Of a stretch of 64,000 nt of DNA, positions 52,181 through 61,160 are shown piece after piece; position 1 is the first letter of the stretch, and each line of letters opens with the position of its first letter. The stretch is from an uncultured delta proteobacterium (GTDB taxonomy: Bacteria > Myxococcota > Myxococcia > Myxococcales > Myxococcaceae), in assembly GCA_963796055.1 (NCBI GenBank), contig CAWCKH010000004.1, positions 1,248,001 to 1,312,000 on the forward strand, given 5' to 3'. The position numbers and the translations under genes are program-made. Under the pieces are notes generated by a model. That model did no database searches, was not told the DNA's origin, and saw only the letters and a program-made list of their open reading frames with translations.

Positions 52181-52210
52181 ATGGTTAAGAGCTTGATCAT
52201 CAGGTGTCAA
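52181..52210 (-). promoter_or_regulatory. Promoter with MarR-type operator palindrome
   Basis: TTGACA at 52210-52205 (minus); imperfect palindrome ATGGTTAAG-AG-CTTGATCAT at 52181-52200 spanning the spacer and -10. Confidence 0.6.
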
Positions 52211-52290
52211 ACCGATTTGGAGGCCCCAGTTGTCGTCGGAGTGTCAGGGGGTTGCGCGATGTTCCCGCTCCCGGCACCTGGCCGGCCTTC

Positions 52291-52800
52291 ATGTCGGGTC
52301 CTGTGCGCAAGCTCAATCTGTCTGAACTGGAATGGCTGCCCTACGCGATTGCGCCCGGGGTTGGGGGCGACGTCCGTGACGTGGGACGTGCGGTGGGTAC
52401 GCGGAACGTGGGGCTGCGCATCCAGCGCATCCCTCCCGGGGCGCGGGCCTCGCGAAGGCACCGGCACCTCTTCCAGGAGGAGCTCCTGGTGGTCGTACGC
52501 GGCGAGGGCACCCTGCTGCACGGCGAGGAGCGGGTTCCCGTGCGCTCGGGTGACTTCGTCAGCTACCACGCGGGCGATCCCGAGGCCCACACCCTGGAGA
52601 ACACCGGGCAGGGGGTGCTCGAGGTCTGGGCATTCGGGGACCGGGTGCCGCATGAGGTCTGCGTCTATCCTGACGAGCAGGTCGCCTACGTCGAGGCGCT
52701 GGGCGGCGACGTGCCGCTGTCGGACGTCGAGGCCTGGGCCGCGCTGGCCGGGCGCGGCGGCGGCATCGAGGCCGCGAGCGCGGACGACGGCGAGGACTGA
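52291..52800 (+). CDS. Cupin domain protein
   Basis: IPPG..SRRHRH..EE....GEG, GD....AGDPEAHTL, YPD. Confidence 0.8.
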   Translation: MSGPVRKLNLSELEWLPYAIAPGVGGDVRDVGRAVGTRNVGLRIQRIPPGARASRRHRHLFQEELLVVVRGEGTLLHGEERVPVRSGDFVSYHAGDPEAHTLENTGQGVLEVWAFGDRVPHEVCVYPDEQVAYVEALGGDVPLSDVEAWAALAGRGGGIEAASADDGED

Positions 52801-52860
52801 GTGCCCCACTAGAAGCGACAGTCCCGCCGGGAAGCGAGCGGAGAGGCGCGCGCCTTTGTT

Positions 52861-53805
52861 ATGCCGCGCGCACCCGTGACTTCCCCGCCCGTCCTCCAGG
52901 TCGAGCAGCTCGTCAAGCGCTACCGCGACGTCACCGCCCTCGCCGGGGTGTCGCTCACCATCGGCGCGGGGGAGATCTTCGCCCTGCTGGGCCCGAACGG
53001 CGCGGGGAAGACCACGCTCATCGGCGCGGTGTGCGGGCTGGTGAAGAAGACCAGCGGGACGATCCGGGTGTTGGGGCTGGACCTGGACGAGCATCCGTTC
53101 CGCCCGCGGTACGACGTGGGGCTCGTGCCGCAGGAGGTGAACTTCGATCCCTTCTTCACGGTGAGCGAGTCGCTGCGGATCCAGCTCGGGTACTACGGGC
53201 GGCCACCCGACGAGGCACGCATCCGCGAGGTGCTGGAGGCGCTCAGCCTGAGCGAGAAGGCGAACGCGCAGACCCGGGCGCTGTCGGGGGGCATGAAGCG
53301 GCGGCTGCTCATCGCCAAGGCCCTGGTGCACCGGCCGAAGCTGGTGTTCCTCGACGAGCCGACGGCGGGGGTGGACGTGGAGCTGCGGCGCGACCTCTGG
53401 GCCTACGTGCGCAGGCTCCGGAGCGAGGGGACGACGGTCATCCTCACCACCCATTACCTCGAGGAGGCGGAGGAGCTCGCCGACCGGGTGGGGGTCATCA
53501 ACGCGGGGCGGCTGCTCCTGGTGGAGGACAAGGCTGCGCTGCTCCGGAGGATGGGTGAGAAGCGGGTGCGGATCACCTTCGCGGCGCCGGTGGGTCCCCT
53601 GCCCGAGGCGCTCGACGGCAAGGCCGAGCTGGCCGAGGACCGCCGCTCGCTGGTGGTGACCGAGCGCAATGGCCGCCCGAGCGCGGGCGAGGTGCTGCAG
53701 CAGCTCTACCGGAGCGGGTTTCCGGTGGCGGAGGTGGACACCCGGGCGAGCCGGCTGGAGGACGTGCTGATCGAGATCCTTCACACCGGAGGGAGCCCGG
53801 AGTGA
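52861..53805 (+). CDS. ABC-2 transporter ATP-binding protein (YadG-like)
   Basis: [34 protein letters not shown]. Confidence 0.92.
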   Translation: MPRAPVTSPPVLQVEQLVKRYRDVTALAGVSLTIGAGEIFALLGPNGAGKTTLIGAVCGLVKKTSGTIRVLGLDLDEHPFRPRYDVGLVPQEVNFDPFFTVSESLRIQLGYYGRPPDEARIREVLEALSLSEKANAQTRALSGGMKRRLLIAKALVHRPKLVFLDEPTAGVDVELRRDLWAYVRRLRSEGTTVILTTHYLEEAEELADRVGVINAGRLLLVEDKAALLRRMGEKRVRITFAAPVGPLPEALDGKAELAEDRRSLVVTERNGRPSAGEVLQQLYRSGFPVAEVDTRASRLEDVLIEILHTGGSPE

Positions 53806-54563
53806 ACGCCTCGGGGCTCCGGACGCTGTTCGTGAAGGAGGTGCGCCGCTTCCTGCGCGTGCCGGGTCAGACGGTGCTCAGCCCGCTCATCTCCACCACG
53901 CTCTACTTCGTGGTGTTCGGGGTCAGCCTGGGAGGACGGATGGAGGAGGTCACCGGCCAGCCGTACCTCCCCTTCATCGTCCCGGGGCTGGTGTTCCTCG
54001 GCCTGGCGAACAACGCCTTCCTCAACACCAGCTCGTCGCTGTTCATCATGAAGATCCAGGGGACCATCGTGGACCTCCTGGTGGCGCCACTCGGCCCGTG
54101 GGAGCTGCTGCTGGGCTTCGTCGGGGGTGGGATGGTGCGCGGGCTCGTGGTGGGCCTGCTCACCTGGGGGGTGGCGCTGGCGTTCGCCGGGTGGCAGCTG
54201 GCGCACCCGCTGGTCACCGCCGGCTTCCTGCTCGGGACGGCGTACGTCTTCTCGGTGCTGGGGCTGATCGCGGCGATCTGGGCCGAGAAGTTCGAGCAGA
54301 TCAACTTCTTCCCCACCTTCGTGATGCTGCCGCTGACCTTCCTGGGCGGCGTCTTCTACAGCATCAGCCGTCTGCCCGAGCCCTGGCGGACCCTCAGCCA
54401 CTTCAACCCCATGGTCTACATGGTGGAGGGGCTGCGGTACGGGATGCTCGGGACGGCGGCGCTTCCGCCGGGGGTCGGCGCGCTCATCCTCACCCTGCTG
54501 GCCGTCGGGTCGACCGCGGTGACGTACGCGCTGCTGGCGCGCGGCTACAAGCTGAAGCAGTAG
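53802..54563 (+). CDS. ABC-2 transporter permease (YadH-like)
   Basis: KEVRRFLR..QT..P, FIVPGL, PLTFLGGVFYS, NPMVYMVEGLRYG; GTGA overlap. Confidence 0.9.
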   Translation: MNASGLRTLFVKEVRRFLRVPGQTVLSPLISTTLYFVVFGVSLGGRMEEVTGQPYLPFIVPGLVFLGLANNAFLNTSSSLFIMKIQGTIVDLLVAPLGPWELLLGFVGGGMVRGLVVGLLTWGVALAFAGWQLAHPLVTAGFLLGTAYVFSVLGLIAAIWAEKFEQINFFPTFVMLPLTFLGGVFYSISRLPEPWRTLSHFNPMVYMVEGLRYGMLGTAALPPGVGALILTLLAVGSTAVTYALLARGYKLKQ

Positions 54564-54568
54564 GCCGC

Positions 54569-55354
54569 TCAGCCGGCGGCGCGGCGCCGGTCGATCTGGC
54601 CGACGAAGCCGCGGAGGATGTCGGCCACCTGACCCGGCTGGTCCAGCTGGGGCCAGTGGCTGGTGTCCTCGACGAAGACGTTGGGGAGCTCGGGGACGGC
54701 AGCGCGCATCGCCAGAGGCCCATCCAGCCCGCGAACGGTGACCAGCAGCTTCGGCCCGGGGAAGCGCCGGACGACGGTGGGGTCGTACGCGAGCAGCGAT
54801 TCCATCGAGCCGACGTAGGTCTCGCGGGTGGTGAGCCCGAGCGTGGCGAGGACGTGCTGGCGAGTCTCGGGGCGGGCCTCCTGGAGGATCTGCTCGAACC
54901 AGGCACGGGCAGTTCCCCGGAAGCGATCCGGGGCGACCGAGGCGCGCCATCCGGCGAGCTCGGCCGGAGGGATGGCGGCAAGGCTTCCCGCGGCGTCCAG
55001 GAACACCGCGCCGGAGAACCGGTCCGCGAACCGCGCCACCGTCTCGGCGACGACGGCGCCGCCGTAGCTGTGCCCGACGACCACCGGGCGATCGAGCCCG
55101 GCCGCGGCGGCGACGGCGAGCACGTCCTCGGCCATGGCGGCGAGGTCCCAGCGCCCGTCCCTCGGCGGCTCGGACTCGCCGTAGCCGCGCTGGTCGAAGG
55201 AGACGACGGTCCGATCGGCGGCGAGCAGCGGCGCCACGGCGTGCCAGTGGCTCCGGTCGGCGCCGCCACCGTGCACCAGGAGCACCGGCGTGCCGGGCCC
55301 GCTGCCCTGCGCCTCCATCCTGAGCCGTCCCGCGCCTCCGGCGATCCAGTCCAT
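54569..55354 (-). CDS. Alpha/beta hydrolase
   Basis: LLVHG, DQRGYGES, GHSYGG nucleophile elbow, SHWPQLDQP. Confidence 0.88.
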   Translation of the reverse strand: MDWIAGGAGRLRMEAQGSGPGTPVLLVHGGGADRSHWHAVAPLLAADRTVVSFDQRGYGESEPPRDGRWDLAAMAEDVLAVAAAAGLDRPVVVGHSYGGAVVAETVARFADRFSGAVFLDAAGSLAAIPPAELAGWRASVAPDRFRGTARAWFEQILQEARPETRQHVLATLGLTTRETYVGSMESLLAYDPTVVRRFPGPKLLVTVRGLDGPLAMRAAVPELPNVFVEDTSHWPQLDQPGQVADILRGFVGQIDRRRAAG

Positions 55355-55427
55355 GCAGGGCGGGACGCTACGCCTGCTCCCCCGGCCCCGCCACCATCCG
55401 GGAGGCGTGTTACAGCTGGATCTGCCG

Positions 55428-56120
55428 ATGCTGGCTGCACGTCCGCACATCGAGCCCCGGCGCGTGCCAGGGGCAGACTCCGTGGTGGTGAGCGAGATCT
55501 ACCTGTCGCTGCAGGGGGAGTCGTCTCACCAGGGACTGCTCTGCAGCTTCGTGCGGCTGACCGGGTGTCACCTCCGTTGCCGCTGGTGCGACTCCGAGTT
55601 CGCCTTCCGGGGCGGGACGCGGATGGCCCTCCCCGAGGTGGTGAAGCGGGTGCGGGCGCTGGGCGCTCCGCGGGTGGAGATCACCGGGGGCGAGCCCCTG
55701 CTCCAGCCCGGCGTGTACCCGCTGATGGAGGCACTGCTCGAGGCGGGGCTGGTGGTGCTGCTCGAGACCTCCGGGGCCATCGACGTGCGCCTGGTGCCGC
55801 CGGCGGTGCACAAGATCGTCGACGTGAAGTGCCCGGGCTCGGGCGAGTCGGACCGGAACGACTGGCGCTGCCTGGCGAGCCTCACCGAACGGGACGAGCT
55901 GAAGTTCGTCCTGGCCTCTCGCCAGGACTACGACTGGGCGAAGGGGTGCATCGCCGAGCACGGACTCGACCGCGGGCCGGCAGGGCTGCTGTTCTCCACG
56001 GTGCACGGGGAGCTCTCTCCCACCGCGCTCGCCGAGTGGATGATCGCCGACCGGCTCCCGGTGCGGTTCCAGCTCCAGCAGCACAAGGTGCTCTGGGCGC
56101 CGGACGCGCGGGGCGTCTGA
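55428..56120 (+). CDS. queE: Radical SAM 7-carboxy-7-deazaguanine synthase-like
   Basis: EIYLSLQGE, FVRLTGCHLRCRWCD, ITGGEPLLQ, ETSG, DVKCP, QLQQHK. Confidence 0.85.
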   Translation: MLAARPHIEPRRVPGADSVVVSEIYLSLQGESSHQGLLCSFVRLTGCHLRCRWCDSEFAFRGGTRMALPEVVKRVRALGAPRVEITGGEPLLQPGVYPLMEALLEAGLVVLLETSGAIDVRLVPPAVHKIVDVKCPGSGESDRNDWRCLASLTERDELKFVLASRQDYDWAKGCIAEHGLDRGPAGLLFSTVHGELSPTALAEWMIADRLPVRFQLQQHKVLWAPDARGV

Positions 56121-56133
56121 GCCGGGCCTCCGT

Positions 56134-56860
56134 CAGGGGATCGGAGCGACGCGGATGACCGTCCCGGTCGGGGGATCCGCGAGGTACGCAGCCCCCCAAC
56201 GAGGGACAGCTCACCGTAGACGTTCGACGGGAGGGTCGCGCCCAGGATCGAAGCGGAGAGCTGAGTGATGGGTGCGCCCGAGCGAGGAACGATGTTGAGC
56301 GTCGCCCCCTCGCCGACAAAGATCGCCACGGCGTCGACTGCGACTCTGTACCCTGCCGAGGACAGAGCAGTGACTGGCCCACCGTCGACGGGGATCCGCA
56401 TCAGCTGCCCCTCCTTGCTCGTGGTCGTCACCACGCCGTTGGTCGCTCGACCCTGCGAAGTCGAGGATGAGCCCCTCGACCACCGCCGTCGCGGGGCCAC
56501 CGCCGATGGGCGCACGCCAGATGGCACAGTCGTCCTGGTGAGGATCCTGCGTCGAAGGGGTGGAGAGCCAGTACACCGACGAGGCGTCCTGCGCGACCCG
56601 AACCAGGCAGCTGCTCGGGCCGGGATAGGTGGGCGCAACGAAGTCGACCGGAGCCCCTCCGCCGAGCGGGATGCGGCGCGCTCCGCCCAGGAAACCGACG
56701 AGCACCGAGGTTCCGTCGGTCACGATGTCGTCGATGGGCTCGGCTCCGACGGCGAGAAGCGTGGTGACCGGACCGCCCGAGAGCGGAACGGACTTGACCA
56801 TCGCTCCGTCCGCGACGAGGAGCGTGTTGCCGGAGAGGGTGAAGCGGGCAGGGGCTGGAT
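56134..56860 (-). pseudogene. Frameshifted fragment of a repeat/beta-propeller protein
   Basis: Repeats VPLSGGPVT / IPLGGGAP / APIGGGPAT in one frame continue as IPVDGGPVT / VPRSGAP in another frame after about 56450; no convincing start or stop. Confidence 0.6.
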
Positions 56861-56911
56861 GATCGCCCCGCCCCCGGGGAGCGGGGGGCGTGACATGCGC
56901 CGTCGAGGTTC

Positions 56912-57219
56912 TCAGGTCAAGCGCTTCCGGAACAGGGTGTCTCTGGGCGCCGGCCGCCCGCGGCGTGTGACTCTGCCCACGTTCGGCGCCCCACGAACAG
57001 CTCTCCCGGGCCGAGCTCGACGTCGCCGGCGCGCATTTCGATCCGGATCCGTCCCTTCAGCACCAGGAAGAAGTCGTCGGTGTTCTCGTGGCTGTGCCAC
57101 ACGAACGGACCCCTCACCTTCACCACCATGAGGTCGTGGCCGTTGAACTGGCCGATCGTGCGCGGCTTGAAGTGCTCGGTGAAGGTGGAGAGCTTCTCCG
57201 CGAGGTTGACGCTGGTCAT
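56912..57219 (-). pseudogene. Cupin protein with disrupted C-terminus
   Basis: MTSVNLAEKL..FVWHSHENTDDFFLVLKG..GPGELFV, then similarity is lost and the second cupin motif (VPxGxxH) is missing. Confidence 0.6.
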
Positions 57220-57287
57220 TTGTCCCTTCTCCTTGCAGGACCAGGGGCTGCCTCGCCAGCACAGACGTGACGCCGCCGAGGCGGTGC

Positions 57288-57560
57288 TCACCGCACCGGC
57301 GCGAGCAGCTCGGCCAGGCTGACCCGGGTGGCGTGGACTCCGAGGCACACCGCCGCCACCCCGATGCAGGCGAACCAGGCGGGCACCAGGAAGGCCTTCC
57401 TCCGGTGCTCGAACTGGCCCACCGCGAACCAGGCCACGTAGGCGGGGATGAGCAGCACCATCAGTCCGGTCCCGAGGCTCCGGCCGAACGCGTGCCGGAG
57501 AATGGGAATGGTGAGCGCCGCCGCGGCGATCGAGAAGAGTGCACCCGTCCAGGCCAGCAT
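57288..57560 (-). CDS. Small membrane protein
   Basis: 90 aa, three hydrophobic segments. Confidence 0.55.
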   Translation of the reverse strand: MLAWTGALFSIAAAALTIPILRHAFGRSLGTGLMVLLIPAYVAWFAVGQFEHRRKAFLVPAWFACIGVAAVCLGVHATRVSLAELLAPVR

Positions 57561-57596
57561 CGTGCGAAGGTCCCCGCTCAGGGGAGGTCTCTATAC

Positions 57597-57899
57597 ATGA
57601 GCGCAGTCCGAAGCGTCCTCTTCTGGGCCCTGTTCGGTGCCTTGGCCGGAACCTGGGTCGGAGGTCTCATCTCCCGCGCCTTCCTGCCGTGGTTCAACAC
57701 CCCCGGCGCAGGAATCATGTCGCAGTGCGCGTGCGAGCCGCTGGCCATCAGCACCGTCTCCCACACCCTCAGCATCGAGTTCGGGGGGCTGGTCCTCGGC
57801 GCGCTGGTGTTCGCGGTGCTCGCCCTGGTCCTCGGCGCCGGCCGGAAGCGGAAGGTCGAGCCCCCCGCCCCGGCGACGCCCCCGGCCGCCGCGGCCTGA
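57597..57899 (+). CDS. Small two-TM membrane protein with a CxC loop
   Basis: GGAGG RBS; TM-PWFNTPG..QCAC-TM. Confidence 0.65.
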   Translation: MSAVRSVLFWALFGALAGTWVGGLISRAFLPWFNTPGAGIMSQCACEPLAISTVSHTLSIEFGGLVLGALVFAVLALVLGAGRKRKVEPPAPATPPAAAA

Positions 57900-58134
57900 G
57901 CAGGGCCAGCTTTTCCGGCCGCGAGAGCTGCTTGAGCGCCCACTCGCGTCTGAGGGCCGCGCTGCGGTCGGCGGCCGGCTCGGCATAGACCACCCGGACC
58001 GGCAGCCGGCTCCGGGTGTACGCCGCGCCACGCCCGCTCCGGTGGACGCGAAGGCGCGCCTCGAGGTCGTTGGTCGCGCCGGTATACAGCGAGCCGTCGC
58101 GGCAGCGGAGCATGTACACGCACCACTCGTGCAT
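57769..58134 (-). CDS. GIY-YIG nuclease family protein (UPF0213-like)
   Basis: WCVYMLRCRDGSLYTGATNDLEARLRVH..GRGAAYTR..ALRRE. Confidence 0.88.
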   Translation of the reverse strand: MHEWCVYMLRCRDGSLYTGATNDLEARLRVHRSGRGAAYTRSRLPVRVVYAEPAADRSAALRREWALKQLSRPEKLALLRPRRPGASPGRGARPSASGRRRGPGRAPRTPARRGPAPRTRC

Positions 58135-58193
58135 CGCAGGGCGGGTCAGGCTGGTCAGCCCGGGTGGGCCCATGCTACGGCAACGGGCCGCGC

Positions 58194-59204
58194 ATGGCCC
58201 GTTTCCTCCTGACCTGTTTCGCCGTCCTTGCCCTCGCCGCCTGTCAGAAGGGCAGCTCCGCCGACCACGTCACCATCGACCTCGCCCCCAAGGCCAAGGG
58301 GGGAACCCCCGTGGCGACGTTCAAGGGCGGGGCGATCACCGTGGAGGAGGTGAACCGCCAGCTGTCCGCTCTGCCTCCGATGGTCCGGATGCGGCTGCAG
58401 GGCGCCGCGGCCCGGAAGGACTACGTGGAAGGGCTGGCCCGGGTCGAGCTGCTGGCCCGCGAGGGCCTCCGCCAGGGCGTTCAGAATGAGCCCGACGTGG
58501 TCGAGACGGTCAAGAAGGCCCTGGCCCAGAAGGTGCTCCAGCAGCAGCTGGAGAAGAACGCGCCCCAGCCCACCGACGAGGAGGTGAAGGCCTGGTACGA
58601 GCGCCACCAGGCGGACTACCAGCGCCCGGAGACGGTCCAGGTGCAGGACCTCTTCCTCGCCGCCGACGCCAAGGACGCCCCCCGGCGCAAGGCACGCGCC
58701 ACCGAGGCGGAGAAGCTCCGGGCCAAGGCCCGTGCGCTCAAGCCCGACGACGAGCAGGGCTTCGGCGCGCTGGTGAAGGCCAGCTCGGACGACGCGCTCA
58801 CCCGGCAGCTCGGAGGGGACCTCCGGCCCATGCCGCCCGGCGACCTCGAGGCCCGGTACGGCTCCGAGGTGGCGCAGGCGGTCAAGGGGCTCCAGACCCC
58901 CGGGGAGATCTCCCCGGTGGTGGCGACCGAGAAGGGGTTCCACGTGCTCCGGCTGAAGGCGCGAAACCCCGCCCGCGTCCTGCCGCTGGAGGAGGTGAAG
59001 GCGCAGATCCGCAACCGCCTCTACAGCGAGCGGCGTACCGCCGCCAGCGACGAGCTGATGAAGCGGCTGAAGACCGAGGCGAACTTCACCCTGGACGAGG
59101 CGGCCCTGGCACAGATCTCCACGCCCGGTGCCATGCCTGGCGGCCCGGGCCATCCGCCGATGGGGCCGCCTCCGCCGGCTCCGGGTGCTCCACCGAGGAA
59201 ATGA
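58194..59204 (+). CDS. PpiC-type peptidyl-prolyl isomerase lipoprotein
   Basis: Lipobox LAAC; SDD..GGDL, GEISPVV..GFHVL. Confidence 0.85.
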   Translation: MARFLLTCFAVLALAACQKGSSADHVTIDLAPKAKGGTPVATFKGGAITVEEVNRQLSALPPMVRMRLQGAAARKDYVEGLARVELLAREGLRQGVQNEPDVVETVKKALAQKVLQQQLEKNAPQPTDEEVKAWYERHQADYQRPETVQVQDLFLAADAKDAPRRKARATEAEKLRAKARALKPDDEQGFGALVKASSDDALTRQLGGDLRPMPPGDLEARYGSEVAQAVKGLQTPGEISPVVATEKGFHVLRLKARNPARVLPLEEVKAQIRNRLYSERRTAASDELMKRLKTEANFTLDEAALAQISTPGAMPGGPGHPPMGPPPPAPGAPPRK

Positions 59205-60190
59205 CAAGGCTGCCTCTCTGCGGCGCAGCGGCGCTGCTGCTGATCGCCACCGCCGGCTGCCAGCGCCGGCCCCCCGACGACCCGAGCGCCGCCCCGGTGG
59301 CCTGGGTCAACGGGCAGGTCCTCACCCGGGCGGAATTCGAGCGGGAGCTGGGCCGTTCTCTCGAGCTGGCCGATGGCACCAGTGCGCCCGCCCCGGATGA
59401 GCTCGCCGCGCTCCGGCGCACGGTGCTCCAGGCACGGGTGGACCGGCTGCTCTTCGTGCAGGAGGCCGCGAAGCGGGGGCTGGAGATTCCCCCGGCGGAC
59501 GTGGAGCAGCGGCTGCAGCGCATGCGTGCCGACTGGCCTTCCGATGAGTTCGACGCCCTGCTCGACCAGCGGCATCAGACGCTGGATGAGCTCCGGGGCG
59601 AGCTCCGGGCCCAGCTGGTCCAGGAGCGCCTCTTCCACGAGCTGGTCTACCCCAGGGTCGCGGTCACCGAGGAGGAGATCCGCGCCGAGCTGGACGCCCA
59701 CCCCCAGCTGGTCCAGGAGCCCGAGCAGGTGCACGCGGCGCAGATCGTGGTGAAGGAGCTGGACCAGGCCAAGGAGATCCGCGCCAGGCTGCGCGAGGGG
59801 GCGAAGTTCGCCGACCTGGCCCGCGAACGCTCGCTCTCCGCCGACGCCAAGGACGGCGGCGACCTCGGCTGGTTCCCGCGCGGGGTGATGCCGCCCCAGT
59901 TCGACGAGGTGGCTTTCTCGCTCGGGCCAGGGCAGATCTCGGACGTGGTCACCACCGACTACGGGTTCCACGTCTTCAAGGTGCTCGAGCGCCGTCCGGC
60001 CCGGAAGAAGGATCTGGCGGCCGTCCGGGCGGAGATCGAGCGCCGGCTCCTGCGCGCGAAGCAGGAGCAAGCCCAGACCGATTTCGTGACCCAGCTCCGC
60101 TCCAAGGCTGCGGTCCGCATCAACGAGCCCCTGGTGGCGCAGGTCGTCCCCCATGCGCCCGCCGGGCAGGCCCAGGAGACTTCCCGATGA
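59201..60190 (+). CDS. PpiC-type peptidyl-prolyl isomerase lipoprotein
   Basis: Lipobox TAGC; VAWVNG, FADLA, GGDLGWF, YGFHVF; ATGA coupling. Confidence 0.88.
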   Translation: MTRLPLCGAAALLLIATAGCQRRPPDDPSAAPVAWVNGQVLTRAEFERELGRSLELADGTSAPAPDELAALRRTVLQARVDRLLFVQEAAKRGLEIPPADVEQRLQRMRADWPSDEFDALLDQRHQTLDELRGELRAQLVQERLFHELVYPRVAVTEEEIRAELDAHPQLVQEPEQVHAAQIVVKELDQAKEIRARLREGAKFADLARERSLSADAKDGGDLGWFPRGVMPPQFDEVAFSLGPGQISDVVTTDYGFHVFKVLERRPARKKDLAAVRAEIERRLLRAKQEQAQTDFVTQLRSKAAVRINEPLVAQVVPHAPAGQAQETSR

Positions 60191-61155
60191 GGCGTTCCAT
60201 TCCGGCCGGGCTCGCCGGCCTTCTGCTCCTGGGGGCTCCGCTGGCCCGCGCCGAGCTGGTGGACCGGGTCGCGGCGGTGGTGAACACCGAGGTCATCACC
60301 CTCTCCGAGGTGGAGAAGCGGGCCGCCCCCGAGCTGGCCAGGGTGGACCAGGAGGCCACCGGCCCGGAGAGGGCGCAGAAGCGCGCCGCGGCGCTGAAGA
60401 AGACCCTGGACACGATGATCGACGAGAAGCTCGTCGACAACGAGCTGAAGGAGCTCAAGGTCACCATCAACGACAAGGAGGTGGATGCGGCGGTGGACGA
60501 GGTGAAGAAGAGCTACAACCTCACCGACGACCAGCTCCAGCAGGCGGTGGCCCGCGAGGGCTACAGCATGGCCGAATACCGCGAGCAGATGCGCAAGCAG
60601 ATCGGCCGCTACAAGCTCATCAACGAGAAGGTCCGGAAGAACGTGAAGGTCTCCGAGGCCGACGTGAAGAGCGAGTACGACCGCATGACCCGCGCCGAGG
60701 GCGAGGACTACGAGGTCCACGTCCGGCACATCCTGATCGCCGTCCCGCGCACCGCCTCCCAGGCGCAGGTGGATCAGGCCCGGCGCAAGGCCATGGCGGT
60801 GGCGGCAGAGGCCCGCGAGCCCGGGGTGGACTTCGCCGCGCTGGCCAGGAAGCGCAGCGAGGGAAGCAGCTCCTCGGACGGCGGCGACCTGGGGTTCTTC
60901 AAGCGCGGCACGATGGTGCCGGAGTTCGAGCGGGTGGCCTTCAACCTCAAGACCGGCGAGGTCTCCGACCCGGTGCGGACGCAGTTCGGCTGGCACGTGC
61001 TGAAGCTGGAGGAGATCCGCAAGCTGGGCATGAAGCCGCTGGCCGAGGTCCGTCCGGAGATCGAGGACCGTCTCCGACGGCAGCAGGCCGAGCGGCTGAC
61101 GGCGCAGTACATGGAGACGCTCCGCAACGGCGCGGTGGTGGAGAAGAAGATCTGA
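60187..61155 (+). CDS. surA: SurA-like periplasmic chaperone/PPIase
   Basis: VDRVAAVVN..ITLSE, VRHILI, GGDLGFF, QFGWHV; directly upstream of pdxA. Confidence 0.8.
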   Translation: MRRSIPAGLAGLLLLGAPLARAELVDRVAAVVNTEVITLSEVEKRAAPELARVDQEATGPERAQKRAAALKKTLDTMIDEKLVDNELKELKVTINDKEVDAAVDEVKKSYNLTDDQLQQAVAREGYSMAEYREQMRKQIGRYKLINEKVRKNVKVSEADVKSEYDRMTRAEGEDYEVHVRHILIAVPRTASQAQVDQARRKAMAVAAEAREPGVDFAALARKRSEGSSSSDGGDLGFFKRGTMVPEFERVAFNLKTGEVSDPVRTQFGWHVLKLEEIRKLGMKPLAEVRPEIEDRLRRQQAERLTAQYMETLRNGAVVEKKI

Positions 61156-61160
61156 GCCGG

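Noticed and set aside
55428..56120. Deazaguanine DNA-modification (dpd) island
   Set aside because: Lone queE-like gene with no dpdA, queC, queD or folE nearby; most simply housekeeping queuosine synthesis
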